Source of the DNA: an uncultured virus (IMG/VR IMGVR_UViG_3300046791_000665)
Lineage: Duplodnaviria; Heunggongvirae; Uroviricota; Caudoviricetes
Strand: one strand, 5' to 3'
Length of the DNA: 64,000 bases
IMG/VR virus record: IMGVR_UViG_3300046791_000665
Positions 28,590 through 40,270 of the stretch are shown one piece after another (position 1 is the stretch's first letter; every line of letters begins with the position of its first letter). The notes below the pieces were generated by a model. The model did not search any database and was not told where the DNA came from. It saw only the letters and a program-made list of their open reading frames with translations. Both the position numbers and the translations under genes were made by a program.

Positions 28590-31271
28590 GTGATCAGCCA
28601 AGTACTCAAGCGCGACGGCAAGACCCTCCAGTCGTTCGACTCCTCGAAGATTCACGATGCGGTGACGAAGGCGTGGAAAGGTTGCGGAGAGGTTGACGAC
28701 GAGAAGATCCAGAATGTGGTCTGGCTCGTCGAGGTGGCGCTGCGTGAGAACAGTGTGGCTGACGTCGAGAAGATCCAAGACCTCGTCGAGATCGCGCTCA
28801 TGCGCGTCAACCCGCTGGTCGCGAAAGCCTACATCCTCTACCGCCAGAAGCGCACCGAGGTGCGCTCGTCGAGGCGTCATCCGGATCCACTCGCAGTCTC
28901 TTCTTACGTACATGCAGGCAAGTACGCGCGGTACCTCCCCGAACTCCGGCGGCGGGAGGTCTATCTCGAGACGGTGCAGCGAGACAAGGAGATGCACCTC
29001 CGCAAGTTCGCGCACGTGCCCGGACTCGCGGAGAAGATCGAGTGGGCGTTCAAGCTCGTCGCGGAGAAGCGCCTGCTGCCGTCGATGCGCTCGATGCAGT
29101 TCGGCGGGAAAGCGATCGAGTTGAACAACGCGCGCGGCTTCAACTGCTCGGCGACGTTCATCGATCGTCCGCGAGCCTTTTCCGAGGCGCTGTTCCTGCT
29201 CCTGTCCGGCTGCGGCGTCGGCTACTCGATTCAGTTCGAGCACGTCGATAAATTGCCCGCGCTCAAGATCGTCGATGAGAAGCGCGTCGTTCACCATACG
29301 GTCGACGATTCAATCGAGGGTTGGGCCGACGCGCTCGACGCGCTGATCAACAGCTACATCGAGGGGTACTACCTCGAGATCAACTTCTCGAAGATCCGCC
29401 CGGCCGGGACGCCGCTCAAGACGTCGGGCGGGCGCGCGCCGGGGCACCTCGGGCTGAAGAAGGCGCTCAAGCACATCCGCGATGTGCTGCGCGGTGCGGA
29501 GGGCAGGAAGCTCAGGCCAATAGAGTGCCATCGAATCCTCTGCCACGCTGCCGACGCGGTGCTTTCCGGCGGCGTGCGCCGCTCGGCGATGATCGCCCTC
29601 TTCTCGCTCGAGGACAGCGAGATGATGTACGCGAAGACGGGAAACTGGTTCAAGCGCGAGCCCTGGCTCGCGAACGCGAACAACTCCGTCATGCTGAAGC
29701 GCGACGATGTGAAGTCGAAGCAGTTCAAGCGCATATTTCAGATGACGCAAGAGTTCGGCGAGCCGGGCTTCATGTTCTGCGTGGACTACGAGTACGCCAC
29801 AAACCCGTGCGTCGCCGGAGACACGCTGGTGCTCACGCGGCGTGGCGCGTGTCGAATCGACACGCTCGTCGGTGAGCGCGTAGATGTTTGGAACGGAAAA
29901 GAGTGGTCGACTGTCGAACCTTGCGTGACGGGGCGTCACGAGCAGATGGTGCGAGTGGAGTTGTCGAACAGACGCTCGCTGACATGCACGCCGGCACACG
30001 TGTTCTATCTGAATGATGGGGAGGAAACTTGCGCTGGTAGTTTGCAGATCGGTGATGTTCTAGAAGACCTGGAGATCCCTGAGGGAGGAGATCTTAAGGG
30101 GTATTGTTCGGTGCACGTCACAGCGGTGATCCGTTGCGGCATCGCGAGCAAGGTCTACTGCTTCACGGAGCCGAAACGCGGGCGCGGCGTATTTAACGGG
30201 ATTCTTACGGGGCAGTGTGCGGAAATCGGTCTCAATCCGAAGCTCGTCATCAATGACGAGGTGATGGATATTCTCGCGAAGCGCGCCTCGCGAGGCAAGC
30301 CGATGCCCTCCGTGACCTTCGGCGAGATCTTCACAGGCTGGTCGTTCTGCAACCTCTGCGAGTTGAACGCCAAGGCGTTCGACTCGTTTGAAGCCTTCCT
30401 GGAGGCGGCGGAGGCGGCAACGATCATCGGGACACTGCAGGCGTCCTACACCGACTTCCCCTACCTCGGCTGGGTGTCGGAGGTGATCGCGGAGCGTGAG
30501 GCGCTCCTCGGTGTCGGTATGACGGGCATGATGGACGCGCCGCACATCGCGCTCAACCCCGACTACCAGCGGAAGGTTGCGGCCAAAATCGTCGAGTGGA
30601 ACATCCAGTACGCCGCGCAGATCGGGATCCGCCCGGCGGCGCGGACGACGACGGTGAAGCCGAGCGGCACGACGTCGCTCGAGCTTGGATCCGTTGGCTC
30701 TGGGCACCACGCGCACCACGCTCGGCGCTACATCCGGCGCATCACCGCCGACGAGTTGGAGGTCGTGTTCCAGCACTTCCAAGCGACGAACCCTCACATG
30801 TGCGTGAGAAAACCTGACGGAAAATGGGTCATCGAATTCCCCGTCGAGGCGCCCGAGGGAGCGGTTCTGAAGGAGGATCTCACCGCGATCCAGTTCCTCG
30901 AGATGGTGAAGAGCACGCAGCAGAACTGGGTGATGCCGGGCACGGCGCGTCCGGAGAGTTCGCCGGGATTGAACCACAATGTGTCGAATACGGTCCAGGT
31001 GAAGCCGGACGAGTGGGACGCGGTTGCCGACTATCTGTGGGAGAACCGCGAGTTCTTCACGGGCGTGTCGCTGCTGCCGAACACGGGTGATAAGGATTTC
31101 GCGTTTGCTCCCAATGAAGCAATCGTCACCGAGGCCGACGAGGCGCGCTGGAACCAGCTGCTCGCGCACTACAAGCCGGTCGACTACACGCTGCTGATCG
31201 AGGAGGAGGACGCGACCGACGTCGTGCAGGAGCCCGCGTGCGCGGGCGGTGCGTGCGAGGTGCCGCAGTGA
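28590..31271 (+). CDS. nrdJ: class II (B12-dependent) ribonucleotide reductase with ATP-cone and mini-intein
   Basis: VLKRDG ATP-cone, LPSMRSMQFGG, FNC, GVRRSAMI, TNP|CAEI, TTVKPSGT, ACAGGAC tail; no nrdB seen. Confidence 0.88.
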   Translation: MISQVLKRDGKTLQSFDSSKIHDAVTKAWKGCGEVDDEKIQNVVWLVEVALRENSVADVEKIQDLVEIALMRVNPLVAKAYILYRQKRTEVRSSRRHPDPLAVSSYVHAGKYARYLPELRRREVYLETVQRDKEMHLRKFAHVPGLAEKIEWAFKLVAEKRLLPSMRSMQFGGKAIELNNARGFNCSATFIDRPRAFSEALFLLLSGCGVGYSIQFEHVDKLPALKIVDEKRVVHHTVDDSIEGWADALDALINSYIEGYYLEINFSKIRPAGTPLKTSGGRAPGHLGLKKALKHIRDVLRGAEGRKLRPIECHRILCHAADAVLSGGVRRSAMIALFSLEDSEMMYAKTGNWFKREPWLANANNSVMLKRDDVKSKQFKRIFQMTQEFGEPGFMFCVDYEYATNPCVAGDTLVLTRRGACRIDTLVGERVDVWNGKEWSTVEPCVTGRHEQMVRVELSNRRSLTCTPAHVFYLNDGEETCAGSLQIGDVLEDLEIPEGGDLKGYCSVHVTAVIRCGIASKVYCFTEPKRGRGVFNGILTGQCAEIGLNPKLVINDEVMDILAKRASRGKPMPSVTFGEIFTGWSFCNLCELNAKAFDSFEAFLEAAEAATIIGTLQASYTDFPYLGWVSEVIAEREALLGVGMTGMMDAPHIALNPDYQRKVAAKIVEWNIQYAAQIGIRPAARTTTVKPSGTTSLELGSVGSGHHAHHARRYIRRITADELEVVFQHFQATNPHMCVRKPDGKWVIEFPVEAPEGAVLKEDLTAIQFLEMVKSTQQNWVMPGTARPESSPGLNHNVSNTVQVKPDEWDAVADYLWENREFFTGVSLLPNTGDKDFAFAPNEAIVTEADEARWNQLLAHYKPVDYTLLIEEEDATDVVQEPACAGGACEVPQ
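29808..30215 (+). mobile_element. mini-intein (136 aa) ending in Gly-Gln
   Basis: CVAGDT start, CTPAHVF block B, KVYCFTEP...NGILTGQ|C; no endonuclease domain. Confidence 0.88.
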
Positions 31272-32085
31272 GAACCTGGGAAGCTGAGAAGATGATTCAG
31301 GTGCTGATACTCATCCTTCTCACCGTGGCAGCACTCGGGATTGGAAGCGTGGCGCGCCTGCTCAATGTTCAGCACGCCCTCGTCGCGTGCGAAGCTGCTG
31401 CGACGGTCGCGCCGCACTGCAAGTTCACGGAGGCTGAGCGCGATCGTCTCGTCGACGTGGTGACAACGTGCACCCTGGCTCTCGGGGCGTGCAGGGAAGC
31501 TTCACGGCCATGATCGCACTCGCGCCCTCGCCGCTGCGCGCGCTCTACTGGACGGAGTTGATCGGTGCGATACTCTTCGCCGTCTTCCGGGCCGTGCTCT
31601 ACTTCATCGACTGGTGCAGAAGTCGCTCGAGTAGAGAGGAAGAGGAGGAGACGCCGATCGATCAGGCGCGCGAGCGGCTCCTGTTTCTGGCCGACGTCTG
31701 CGCGACGCACTCGGTGCCGGAGAAGGAGAATCGGCTGAAGGTGCTGCGAGCGCTGTATCCGGATCTGGAGAAGCCCGAGGAAGAGGTGCTCGATTTGCCG
31801 CTCAACGAGGTCATGGGAAAACTCTACGAGGCGGCGGTGGAGCACGCGAACCTGAGCCTGATCGATTCGGTTATCGTGAAGAGGGATTCGTGATCATCAA
31901 GACGATTGCTTTCGGGAAGATGTGGCGCTACGAGTGCGACAGCGGTGTTCCGGAGGGCTGCGAGGAGCGCCAAGCAGTTCTGGCCGGAGAAGTGCCGGAG
32001 CGGTGGGTCGTCGACGTGTTCGAGGACGACGAGAGCACCTACTGCCCGATACATCGCGACGAGGCGATCACGCTGTAAAAACAAT

Positions 32086-32126
32086 TTGACACCCGTATAG
32101 CATTCGCTATACGGTTCTGCTATACG
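32086..32126 (+). promoter_or_regulatory. promoter with palindromic operator
   Basis: TTGACA at 32086; CCGTATAGC-ATTC-GCTATACGG at 32093-32114; extra half-site at 32119-32126. Confidence 0.7.
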
Positions 32127-32128
32127 TA

Positions 32129-32278
32129 ATGTCCAAGACCGAGATCATGATGCTGCGGCTGGAGACGGCCGATAAAAAAGCCATCGAGCGCGCCGCGCGA
32201 CTGGTGAAGGTGAAGCCCTCCGCGTGGGTGCGCGAGGTCGCGCTGCGGGCGGCGAAGCGAAATGTGAAGAAAGGGTAA
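32129..32278 (+). CDS. ribbon-helix-helix regulator
   Basis: IMMLRLETADKKAIERAARLVKVKPSAWVREVAL. Confidence 0.7.
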   Translation: MSKTEIMMLRLETADKKAIERAARLVKVKPSAWVREVALRAAKRNVKKG

Positions 32279-32282
32279 GAAC

Positions 32283-33641
32283 ATGCGCGACGCAGTAGAT
32301 GCTATCGAGAAGTCGGCAGAAACCGTTATCGGTAAGACGTTCTGTCGCGAGCTAGAACCTTTGAGCGGTTACTCCTGCACGCGCATTCCAGGGCACGATA
32401 ACGATCACGTCGCTGGGATCAGCAAGAAAATCTGTGCTCGGTGGGCGAACGAGAAGGCGGTCGAGTCGTGGAATCCGTCCGTGGAGACGGGGCGGTCACC
32501 TGCACCGTTGCCGTTGCCCCCTCCCCACCAGATCGCTCGTGCTCCGCGAACTCCCACCACCGTGACCCCGCTCTCGCGCTGCTCGGACTGCGGCGTGCCC
32601 CTCTCCGCGCTCCCGTCGCAGCACAAGTCGTTCTGCCGCCGCAAGTTCGATCCGGCGCCGGAGACGCTGCGCGCCGAGGCGCGGAAGGTAGAGCGCGTCG
32701 ACACGCGCGTGCGGATCGTGCGTGTGGTCGAGTACTACGGCGAGCGCGAGCAGGTCGAGAAGCAGATCAAGCACTCGATTCACGGGCAGATGCAGCACGG
32801 TGCCGTCGAGATCACCGCGGCAACGCTCGGCGATGTCTGGCCCGAGGGCGCGATCCGGCAGGTGCTAGACGAGGCGCGGAAGCACAAGGTAAAGCGCTGA
32901 TGAGTCCGATCTACGTTGTCGATCTCTCGCGTGTGCCGACGCTCTGCGCGGCGTGCGGCGGAGTCGTGGCTTCTGGTAAGATCTGTGCGAAGAAGGGGTG
33001 CCGATGAGCGACGCTTGCGAATTCTGCGGACTCCCGCTCGCGCCGAGCCCGCTGCCTGACAAGCTCGACCGCGATCTCTACTGCTGGCGGCGCCGCGCGC
33101 CGGGGTCGAGCTTCGAGGCGGCGGACATGCGCGAGTGCCTGCTGCGGCTGAAGGACCGCTATGACGATATTGATCCTCCGCTGAAGTTTCAACCCCTCCC
33201 GTACTACGGTACGCTCATGACACTGGCGGAGTTTGAGGCGCACGGTTTCATCGACTACGACGGATTCGGTAACTACGCCACTGAAAATCAGATGTCCAAC
33301 AAGACGGTCTATCCATCGGACGTCAAGAAAGAAAAACTCGACCGATCATTCTCACACGTCATGTGGTTCAACCGATGACCGACGACCCCTTCTGCCCCCG
33401 CCACGGGCGGCGTTCGCGCCCTGCGGAGACGCCCGGGCTCCGCTGCGACTGCCTGGAGACGCTCCTCGACGCTGCGGCGCCGCTGAAGGGCGGTAAGTGG
33501 ATCTCGGCGGCGATGAAGGAGCGCGGCGGGCACGTGGTCGTCGTGGGGGAACGGGAGGTGCGGGAGGTGCAGGAGCGGGGAGATAAGGCGGTCGCCGAGG
33601 CGCTCCTCGCGGGCTACGAACTGGGGCGGCGGATCGGCTAA
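32283..33641 (+). other. small hypothetical genes (32283-32900, ~33004-33378, ~33375-33641)
   Basis: Coupled ORFs with Cys motifs; FIDYDGFG motif. Confidence 0.5.
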
Positions 33642-33715
33642 GTACTTGAAATAATTAAGTTCTTAGTTCGTGTTTTTTCGTTGACAAAAAACCTGCCGCG
33701 TTCTAGACTGTATCC
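33639..33715 (+). promoter_or_regulatory. repeated promoter cassette, copy 1
   Basis: TAAGTACTTGAAA...TTGACA-N17-TAGACT-N6-ATG. Confidence 0.8.
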
Positions 33716-34627
33716 ATGGGCAAAACGAACAAGGCGGCGGTAGACCTCTCGAAGTCCTACGTCGGCGAGTGCCAGTGCTGTTTCCGCTTCCAGGTCACTA
33801 AGGGGAAGGAGCAGCTGGGCATGGTACTCCACGGCTACGAGCGCCCCGGGGACGGCTGGATCGAGGGGCGGTGCTGGGGCGTCGGCGAGCTTCCCTTCGA
33901 ACTGTCGTGCGAGCGCACGAAGGAGTGGCGCGAGAACGTCAAGAAGGCGCTCAAGACCATGAAGAAGACGATCGCCGATATCCGCGCGAACCGGATCGAG
34001 AAGTTTTTCCACCAGATCGTCGACGAGGCGCAGACCACGAAGAACCGCCAGTTCGGCAACTACAAGACGGCCTACAAGACGGTCGAGGTCACGCGCGGCT
34101 GGGTGCACCCGGACGCGCCGCGCTATAGCGGCACCTTCGAGTCCGTTCGCCAGCAGCACCTCGCCAACGCCGAGATGCGCGAGAGGCAGATGAAGTCGAC
34201 GCTCGAATTTCTCGACCAAAAGATCGCATCGTGGAAGTACGCCCCCGAGGCGCTCGTCGAGCACGAGACCTGGGTGCGCGAGCAGGCGCGCAAGACCGAG
34301 GCGGAGCGCGACGCCGTCAAGAACGATCGCCGCCTCGCGAAGCTAGGCAAGGCGTTCAACCTCGCTTTCCGCTACATCGGCACCGCCGTCAACAAGCACA
34401 GGGCGGGGTACCGCAACACAACGACGTTCGGAAGCTGCTACCACACTTTCGAGCAGCAGCTGGAACACATGCGTCAGGGACTCCACGTCTTCATCGCGGT
34501 GGAGAAGAGTATCGAGAGCAAGGGCAAGGACGAGCGCGAGATGCTGACGCCGGAGATGCTGGAGGAGCACTCGCTGCCGAAATTCGAGGCGATGTATGCC
34601 GCGAAGTCCAAGAAGGTGCGTGCGTGA
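33716..34627 (+). CDS. hypothetical protein (leaderless)
   Basis: GECQCC...HGYERPG...CWG. Confidence 0.7.
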   Translation: MGKTNKAAVDLSKSYVGECQCCFRFQVTKGKEQLGMVLHGYERPGDGWIEGRCWGVGELPFELSCERTKEWRENVKKALKTMKKTIADIRANRIEKFFHQIVDEAQTTKNRQFGNYKTAYKTVEVTRGWVHPDAPRYSGTFESVRQQHLANAEMRERQMKSTLEFLDQKIASWKYAPEALVEHETWVREQARKTEAERDAVKNDRRLAKLGKAFNLAFRYIGTAVNKHRAGYRNTTTFGSCYHTFEQQLEHMRQGLHVFIAVEKSIESKGKDEREMLTPEMLEEHSLPKFEAMYAAKSKKVRA

Positions 34628-34974
34628 CCGACGACGAGTTCGCCAAGAAGAAAAAGTTCTACGACGGCAACCAGTTCCACTGGAACGGCTCGAAGGGGCG
34701 CGCTCGCGGGATGCGCCGGATGCGCCAGGAGTACCAGGACGCAGAGTATATAAGGCGCTGGTGCGATGAGGCGCTCGGGGAGACGCATCGGGACGTGGCG
34801 CTGGCGCGCGAGGGAGATGTGAAGGCGCAGGCGCGGATGCGCTCGCGAAAGACTATGCGGGAGGCGTGGAGGCACGTCCCCGACTTCGCCTCGCCCGAGG
34901 TCCGGGTGGTCATGGAGGAGAACGCCGTTGCGGAAGAGGCGCTCGTCGACGAGTATTTCGAAGGAGAGCGGTAG

Positions 34975-35444
34975 TGCGTAAATGCACGTACTGTAAGCGA
35001 GAGGCGGTTCCAGACCGAACGCTCTGCGAGTATCATCGCGCGTATATGAACGAGCGCTCCGGTGCCTACAGGCGGCGCTACATGGCGAAGTGCAGGTCCG
35101 AGGGACGGTGCGTCGACTGCGGTAAACCGGTGATGTCCGGGCGCGTGCGGTGCACCGAACACTTGGAGAAGCAGAATGCGCACAGCAAGCAGTGGTACAT
35201 CGACTGCTCCCAGGGGCGAAAGGGGAGGCTCAATCAGATCAAGCAGATCTGGCGTCACCGACGGTGGTGGAAGGCGAATCAGGCGCGCCTCGACCACATG
35301 CAATTCAGTCTGCCCGACGACGAGATGGAAGACTACTTCCAAGGGGAGGTGGATGTTTTTTCCTCAGAGGTCGATTCGGACGATTGGCGTCCAGGCGTAG
35401 TGGAGCGAGGGGCCGTGCGATATCGAGAGATATTTTTTAGTTGA
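34975..35444 (+). CDS. Zn-finger repeat protein
   Basis: CTYC...LCEYH; GRCVDCG...CTEH. Confidence 0.55.
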
Positions 35445-35475
35445 CAACAAACCTTGGAGGTTCTAGATTTTTCTC
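35441..35475 (+). promoter_or_regulatory. leaderless sigma70 promoter for ORF 35476-35838
   Basis: TTGACA-N17-TAGATT-N6-ATG. Confidence 0.75.
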
Positions 35476-36851
35476 ATGAGCGCTACTTCGAAAACCTCTC
35501 TCAAGTGCGGTCCCCGCGGCGGTGCGATCCCGAGCGGGCGCTGCACCTGCGACGATCCGGTGCTCGAGTCGGTCAAGGACGTGCGCGCGTTCGGAAAAGC
35601 GTTCGGCATCTGCAGCTACTGCGGCGACCAGGGTCTGAACCTCGTGCCGTTCGTCGGACGCAAGCTGCACGTGCGATGCATCGTGCGCAGGTACGGTTTC
35701 AAGGTGCTCGCGATGGCAGACAAGGGCGCGACGCGCGCCAGAATGTGCTGCCTCGGGTCCAAGAGGATGCGAGAGTTGATCGCTATCGTCGACAAGAAAG
35801 AAAAAGCCGCAAAAAACACGGAGAGAAAAAGTCCATGAAAACGATCGAGGAGTGGGATCGGGAAGGAAACGCCTTCAACGAAAAGCTGGCCGAAGAGAGC
35901 GAGAGAGCCGATTCGGCAACGAAGATGCTACCTCTCGTCTCGAAAGGACTCGCATTCGCCGCGGAGAACTACCTCGTGGTGCGCGAAAATCGTGCGGACG
36001 GTCTCGGTGCCACGGGCGAGAACGCGACCCTCCGCGCGCTGCAGGCGATCGAGGACGGCGCGCGAACGTTCGTCGCCATCGAGTTGAAAAGCATGGCGGA
36101 AGCGTGCCAAGCCGGAAAAGGACACCCGCGTGATCCCGATGACTGCGACTACTGCACCGCCTACGAGGACGCTGCGCAGATCATTCTCGAACGGAGCGCG
36201 GAGATGACCGAGGGTGAGGCGAGAGCGCGCGAAGGCTCGTGAGGAGCCTCTGATGCCGCGAGGTCGCATGTGAGGGATTGCGGCGCATTTTCCAAAGAAA
36301 GGTGCCTGAGATGGACCAGACGAATTCGGAGTGGTGTCGCTGCAATCACCCGCCCTGCTCCGTCGTACCCGACGGCATCCCCGAGATGCTCACCGACGGC
36401 AAGATATCGCACCCGTACAAGGGTGCCAACGGCAAGCGTTACCGCTATCTCGCCAGCGACGGTGGCGGCGTGTGGAGCGAGGCTGTCGAAAGCTCGCGCA
36501 CGGAGAGCGCGTGAGCGAGCCGTGGGACGTCTGGGGATTCATCGGATTCGCGAAGGCGAACCCGAAGCACAAGACGGTGAAGAAGCTGCGCAAGCTCATG
36601 CGGCAGCCGGCGCACGCCGGTCTGATCAACATGCGGAAGTGTCGCGCGACCGGCTTCAAGGTCGGACTGTATCGCTCCGCTGAGTCCGGGCTTGAGGAAG
36701 ATCCAGAATATCCGTACTCGACGGTGTGCGAGGAGTACGGGTCCATCGTCTGCCACGCGACGCTGCGGCTCGCGCGGGACTCGATGTCGTACCCGGAGTG
36801 GTGCGGCGAGTGCCAGGAGATCCTCTTGGCGAAGAAAGAGAGGCGCTATTG

Positions 36852-37574
36852 ATGCGCCAGCAGACCTACACGATCGAGGAAGCGTCCAAGATTCTCCGCA
36901 TCAAGCTGCCGACGACGCCGAACGCGCTCAAGAGCGCTTTTCGCCGCCGCTCGCGCGAGGTGCACCCGGACCACAGCGTGGCCGTGGACGCGAAGGAGCA
37001 GTTCCAAGCGCTCTTGGCTGCCTACGAGTACGTGCAGATTCGACCCGAGTGGCTCATGCAGGAGTACGAGGGACCGAGCGCCTCCTCGCTCTGTGAAGAC
37101 GGCACGCCACTCTCCGCGCTCGGGCAGGGGCTAGGACCGACCACGAACGGGCGCCCGTGCGACGGCTGCGACAGCAAGGGTTTCACGAGCTACAGCGCGG
37201 AGCAGATCCAGTGCAGGAACTGCCGTGCCTCCGGTATCGCATCATCGTTTGTAGCATCGGTGGAGTATCGCTGTCGACGGTGCGGGGGCGACGGCACGTT
37301 CAAGCGCGGTGGAAAGGCTGTCGGGCAGTGTAACGGTTGCCGAGGAGCAGGGTGGATCTTGGAGCGCGGCAAGAAGCGCACGGATGCATTCGGAGTCTTC
37401 GGGGGTTTCCATACCGTTCCGGTGAATCGCTGCGTGACCTGCAGGGGTCGCGGAACGGTCAAGAACCCGCGCGGTAGGATGCTCCATCAAAAGTGTACCG
37501 GCTGCAAAGGCACGGGAGAGATCCTCGTTTTCAATCCGGTGATCCCGAAGGGACTGCTGGGGTCGCGTCGATGA
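36852..37574 (+). CDS. DnaJ-like protein (J-domain plus CxxCxGxG zinc repeats)
   Basis: LKSAFRRRSREVHPD...AAYE; CRRCGGDG, CNGCRGAG, CVTCRGRG, CTGCKGTG. Confidence 0.85.
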   Translation: MRQQTYTIEEASKILRIKLPTTPNALKSAFRRRSREVHPDHSVAVDAKEQFQALLAAYEYVQIRPEWLMQEYEGPSASSLCEDGTPLSALGQGLGPTTNGRPCDGCDSKGFTSYSAEQIQCRNCRASGIASSFVASVEYRCRRCGGDGTFKRGGKAVGQCNGCRGAGWILERGKKRTDAFGVFGGFHTVPVNRCVTCRGRGTVKNPRGRMLHQKCTGCKGTGEILVFNPVIPKGLLGSRR

Positions 37575-37806
37575 ACTGCGCTCGCTGCAGCCACCCCTTC
37601 ACGCTCCATGGTCGTCGCGGATGCGGCGCGTGCCGCCACGGCTGGGCGAGCCCGCTCGCGCTTGCTGTGGAGGTATTACGTGTGTCAGTGCTGCTCGGAA
37701 AAAACAAGCACGAGACGCACGAGGCGATCGAGGCAGCGTTCAATCAGCCGCACGAGCCGTGCAAGTGCAAGAGGTTTCGGAAGACAGCTATCGAGGAGAA
37801 TTCGCA

Positions 37807-38124
37807 ATGAAGAACCCGTGTCCGTTCGTCGCTTCCCACAAGAACGTCTCGCACTTATTGCCGCCGGGTGACCGCGAGTATCCGTGCGTTTGCGCGCGCA
37901 GTCACAGGGACGATCACCTCGTCGAGATTGCGCCGGGCAAGCCCCTCCTGGCTATCCCGCAGCTTGCGCAGGGGCGTCCGCCGAGTCCCGACCCGCTCTC
38001 GGAGAAGATCATGGTGCGGATGAGCGAGGAGGACGTCGAGCGGCTCGACGAGCTTCGGGGGGATCGGTCGCGGTCTGCGGCGGTGCGGAATTGGGTGCGC
38101 GAGGCGATGAAGGAGAGCGGCTAA
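37807..38124 (+). CDS. protein with C-terminal ribbon-helix-helix
   Basis: GRPP...KIMVRMSEEDVERLDELRGDRSRSAAVRNWV. Confidence 0.7.
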   Translation: MKNPCPFVASHKNVSHLLPPGDREYPCVCARSHRDDHLVEIAPGKPLLAIPQLAQGRPPSPDPLSEKIMVRMSEEDVERLDELRGDRSRSAAVRNWVREAMKESG

Positions 38125-38200
38125 GTGCTTGATATCATTACGTTCTTAGTTGGGTGTTTTTTAGTTGACAAGTAACACGGGAGGCTGTAGGCTGTACCCC
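38122..38200 (+). promoter_or_regulatory. repeated promoter cassette, copy 2 (drives 38201-38554)
   Basis: TAAGTGCTTGATATCATTACGTTCTTAGTTGGGTG...TTGACA-N17-TAGGCT-N7-ATG. Confidence 0.85.
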
Positions 38201-39181
38201 ATGACCTACGAGAACTTCTGCGGGCAGATCGAGTTCCTGAAGGCTGAGGAGGAGCGCCTCCACCTCTGGGCGGAGAAGGCCAGCCGCAACCTGATGGAGA
38301 AGATCGCCCCGAGGGTGTCCAAGCTCGGGCGCACTTCCTACGCGGGATGCGGCTTCCACTACAGCTTGGAGCAGACGCTCGGCAAGCTGATCGCGAATCT
38401 GGCGATCACGCCGCAGTTCACTGCGAACCACTGCGGAAAGATCGAAGAAGACATCGAGACCTGGGTGATCTACGAAGTTCTTTACGAAGGGCTGCTCGAG
38501 GACGTGCGGAAGGCGGAGCGCTCCGCTCGAAAGTTGAAAGGGGTCACACCATGAACTTTCTCGCCCTGGTTTTCGCTTTCATCGGTGCCATCGGCATAAA
38601 CCTCTTCCTCCTCGAGCGGGCGTACCGCGCGGGGCGCCGCGAAGCTCCCGTTCGGGTGCATGGCCTGCGTATCGGCGAGGGGGCCTACCGCTCCTCCGGC
38701 GAGCGCGTGTGCCCGACCTGCGGGCACGTGATCGAACAGAAGAAGGAGAGCTAGACCATGCGCGTCAACCTGAAGTCCATCACCCTCGACGTCACCGACG
38801 AGATGCGGCGCGGGATCAACGCAGACAACGGACTATCCGGGCTCGCGACGCGCGAGGAGGTGCTCACCGAGGTCTACATCATCCTGAACGCGCGACGCGA
38901 GCGGTGGGTGGAAGACGCGCGGCGGGCCGAGGAGCGCACGTGAGCGATGAGGGTGAGTGGAGGGCGATGTACCGTCGCTTCGGGGACTGGGAGGTGAAAT
39001 GGTCGGATGAACTCGGCTGGCACGTCGTCGACCACAAGACCAGCAACGTTTTTCTGAAAGACTCGCGTGGCGACGCCGTCGACATGGCGAAGCGCTGCCA
39101 CGCGAACGAGGAGCTTGCCGGACTGCGCGACGACGTCGCCGGCCGCGTGCTCGGAAGAGACTGAAACGAAGAGGAGATGCG

Positions 39182-39964
39182 ATGTCCAAGATCATCTACA
39201 AGTGCAGCAAGTGCGGTGCTCGGGGCTGCAAGCTCTGGCGCCAATACCAAACCATCGCCAGCGCCGTCGATCTGCTGTGCGCGCCGTGCGCCGAAGCCGA
39301 CCAGCGGCCCTCGAACGAGCCCGGGTGGCGCAGCCCGTTCGACAAGGATGAGGGTGACCAGATCGGCTGGCTCGTTCCCGCCTGCCCCACGGACGACGGA
39401 AAAACCTTCTGGGGTTACACGTCGGTGCCGCCCGAGGCGTGCAACAAGTGGAACGGTTTGCCGCCGAAGCCGAAGGCCCCGGTCCCGATCCCGCCCGGAC
39501 CGTCGCTCACGGAGCAGCGGCGAGCGGAGAGCGATCGAAATCAGAAGCAGTGGATCGCCGAGACGGCGTTTCTCGTCGAGTCCACCTCGTTCGAGCATCA
39601 GGTGCTGTGGGAGAAGTGGTCGATCGAGGCGGTTGCGAAGAAGGAGTTCATAACCATCCCCGAGAATCGCCACCGCGTCCTCTGGGAGCAACTCAGCCCG
39701 GGCTTCTTCCAACAGATCGGCAAGCTCGGGAAGCACCCGGTCTGCGTCGAGGTGCAGTTCGCGCGGATCGCTGGACACGTCGTCGCCTTCTACGACGCGA
39801 CGAGTCGCGTCGTCGACCACGACATGGTCAAGAAGTGGCTCGAGGAGACGTTCAAGGTGCCGAAGTGGGATTCGGGAACGCGCGTGGCGCAGACGAACGC
39901 GTCGAACTTCCACTCGTGCGTGCACGCGCTCGAGGAGCAGAACAAGAAAGCGAGGGTTGCGTAA
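39182..39964 (+). CDS. hypothetical two-domain phage protein
   Basis: GAGGAG SD; YKCSKCG..KLWRQYQ...DQIGWLVPA. Confidence 0.65.
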   Translation: MSKIIYKCSKCGARGCKLWRQYQTIASAVDLLCAPCAEADQRPSNEPGWRSPFDKDEGDQIGWLVPACPTDDGKTFWGYTSVPPEACNKWNGLPPKPKAPVPIPPGPSLTEQRRAESDRNQKQWIAETAFLVESTSFEHQVLWEKWSIEAVAKKEFITIPENRHRVLWEQLSPGFFQQIGKLGKHPVCVEVQFARIAGHVVAFYDATSRVVDHDMVKKWLEETFKVPKWDSGTRVAQTNASNFHSCVHALEEQNKKARVA

Positions 39965-40270
39965 TGCTCTCGTACAACCGTGGCTGGGGCTGTCCCCCGG
40001 GTAACTTCGACGACATGGAGCACATGCCGAAGAACATCACCAAGCAGGATCGCGAGGCGATGCAGCGCGTGGTGATCGAGTCCTATCGGGCGCGCGAGCG
40101 GCTCGACAACGTCATCAAGAAGGACGCCGAGTTCGCCGCGCACGTCTACCTGTGCCGTCGCGGGTGCGGCGTAGACGCGCTGTGCGAAGACGGTAAGAAG
40201 CTCTTCCGCGACCTCGAGCGCGTGATGGGTGAGATCGAGCGTCGGTGATCGCTCCGCTAGGGCGATCGGT

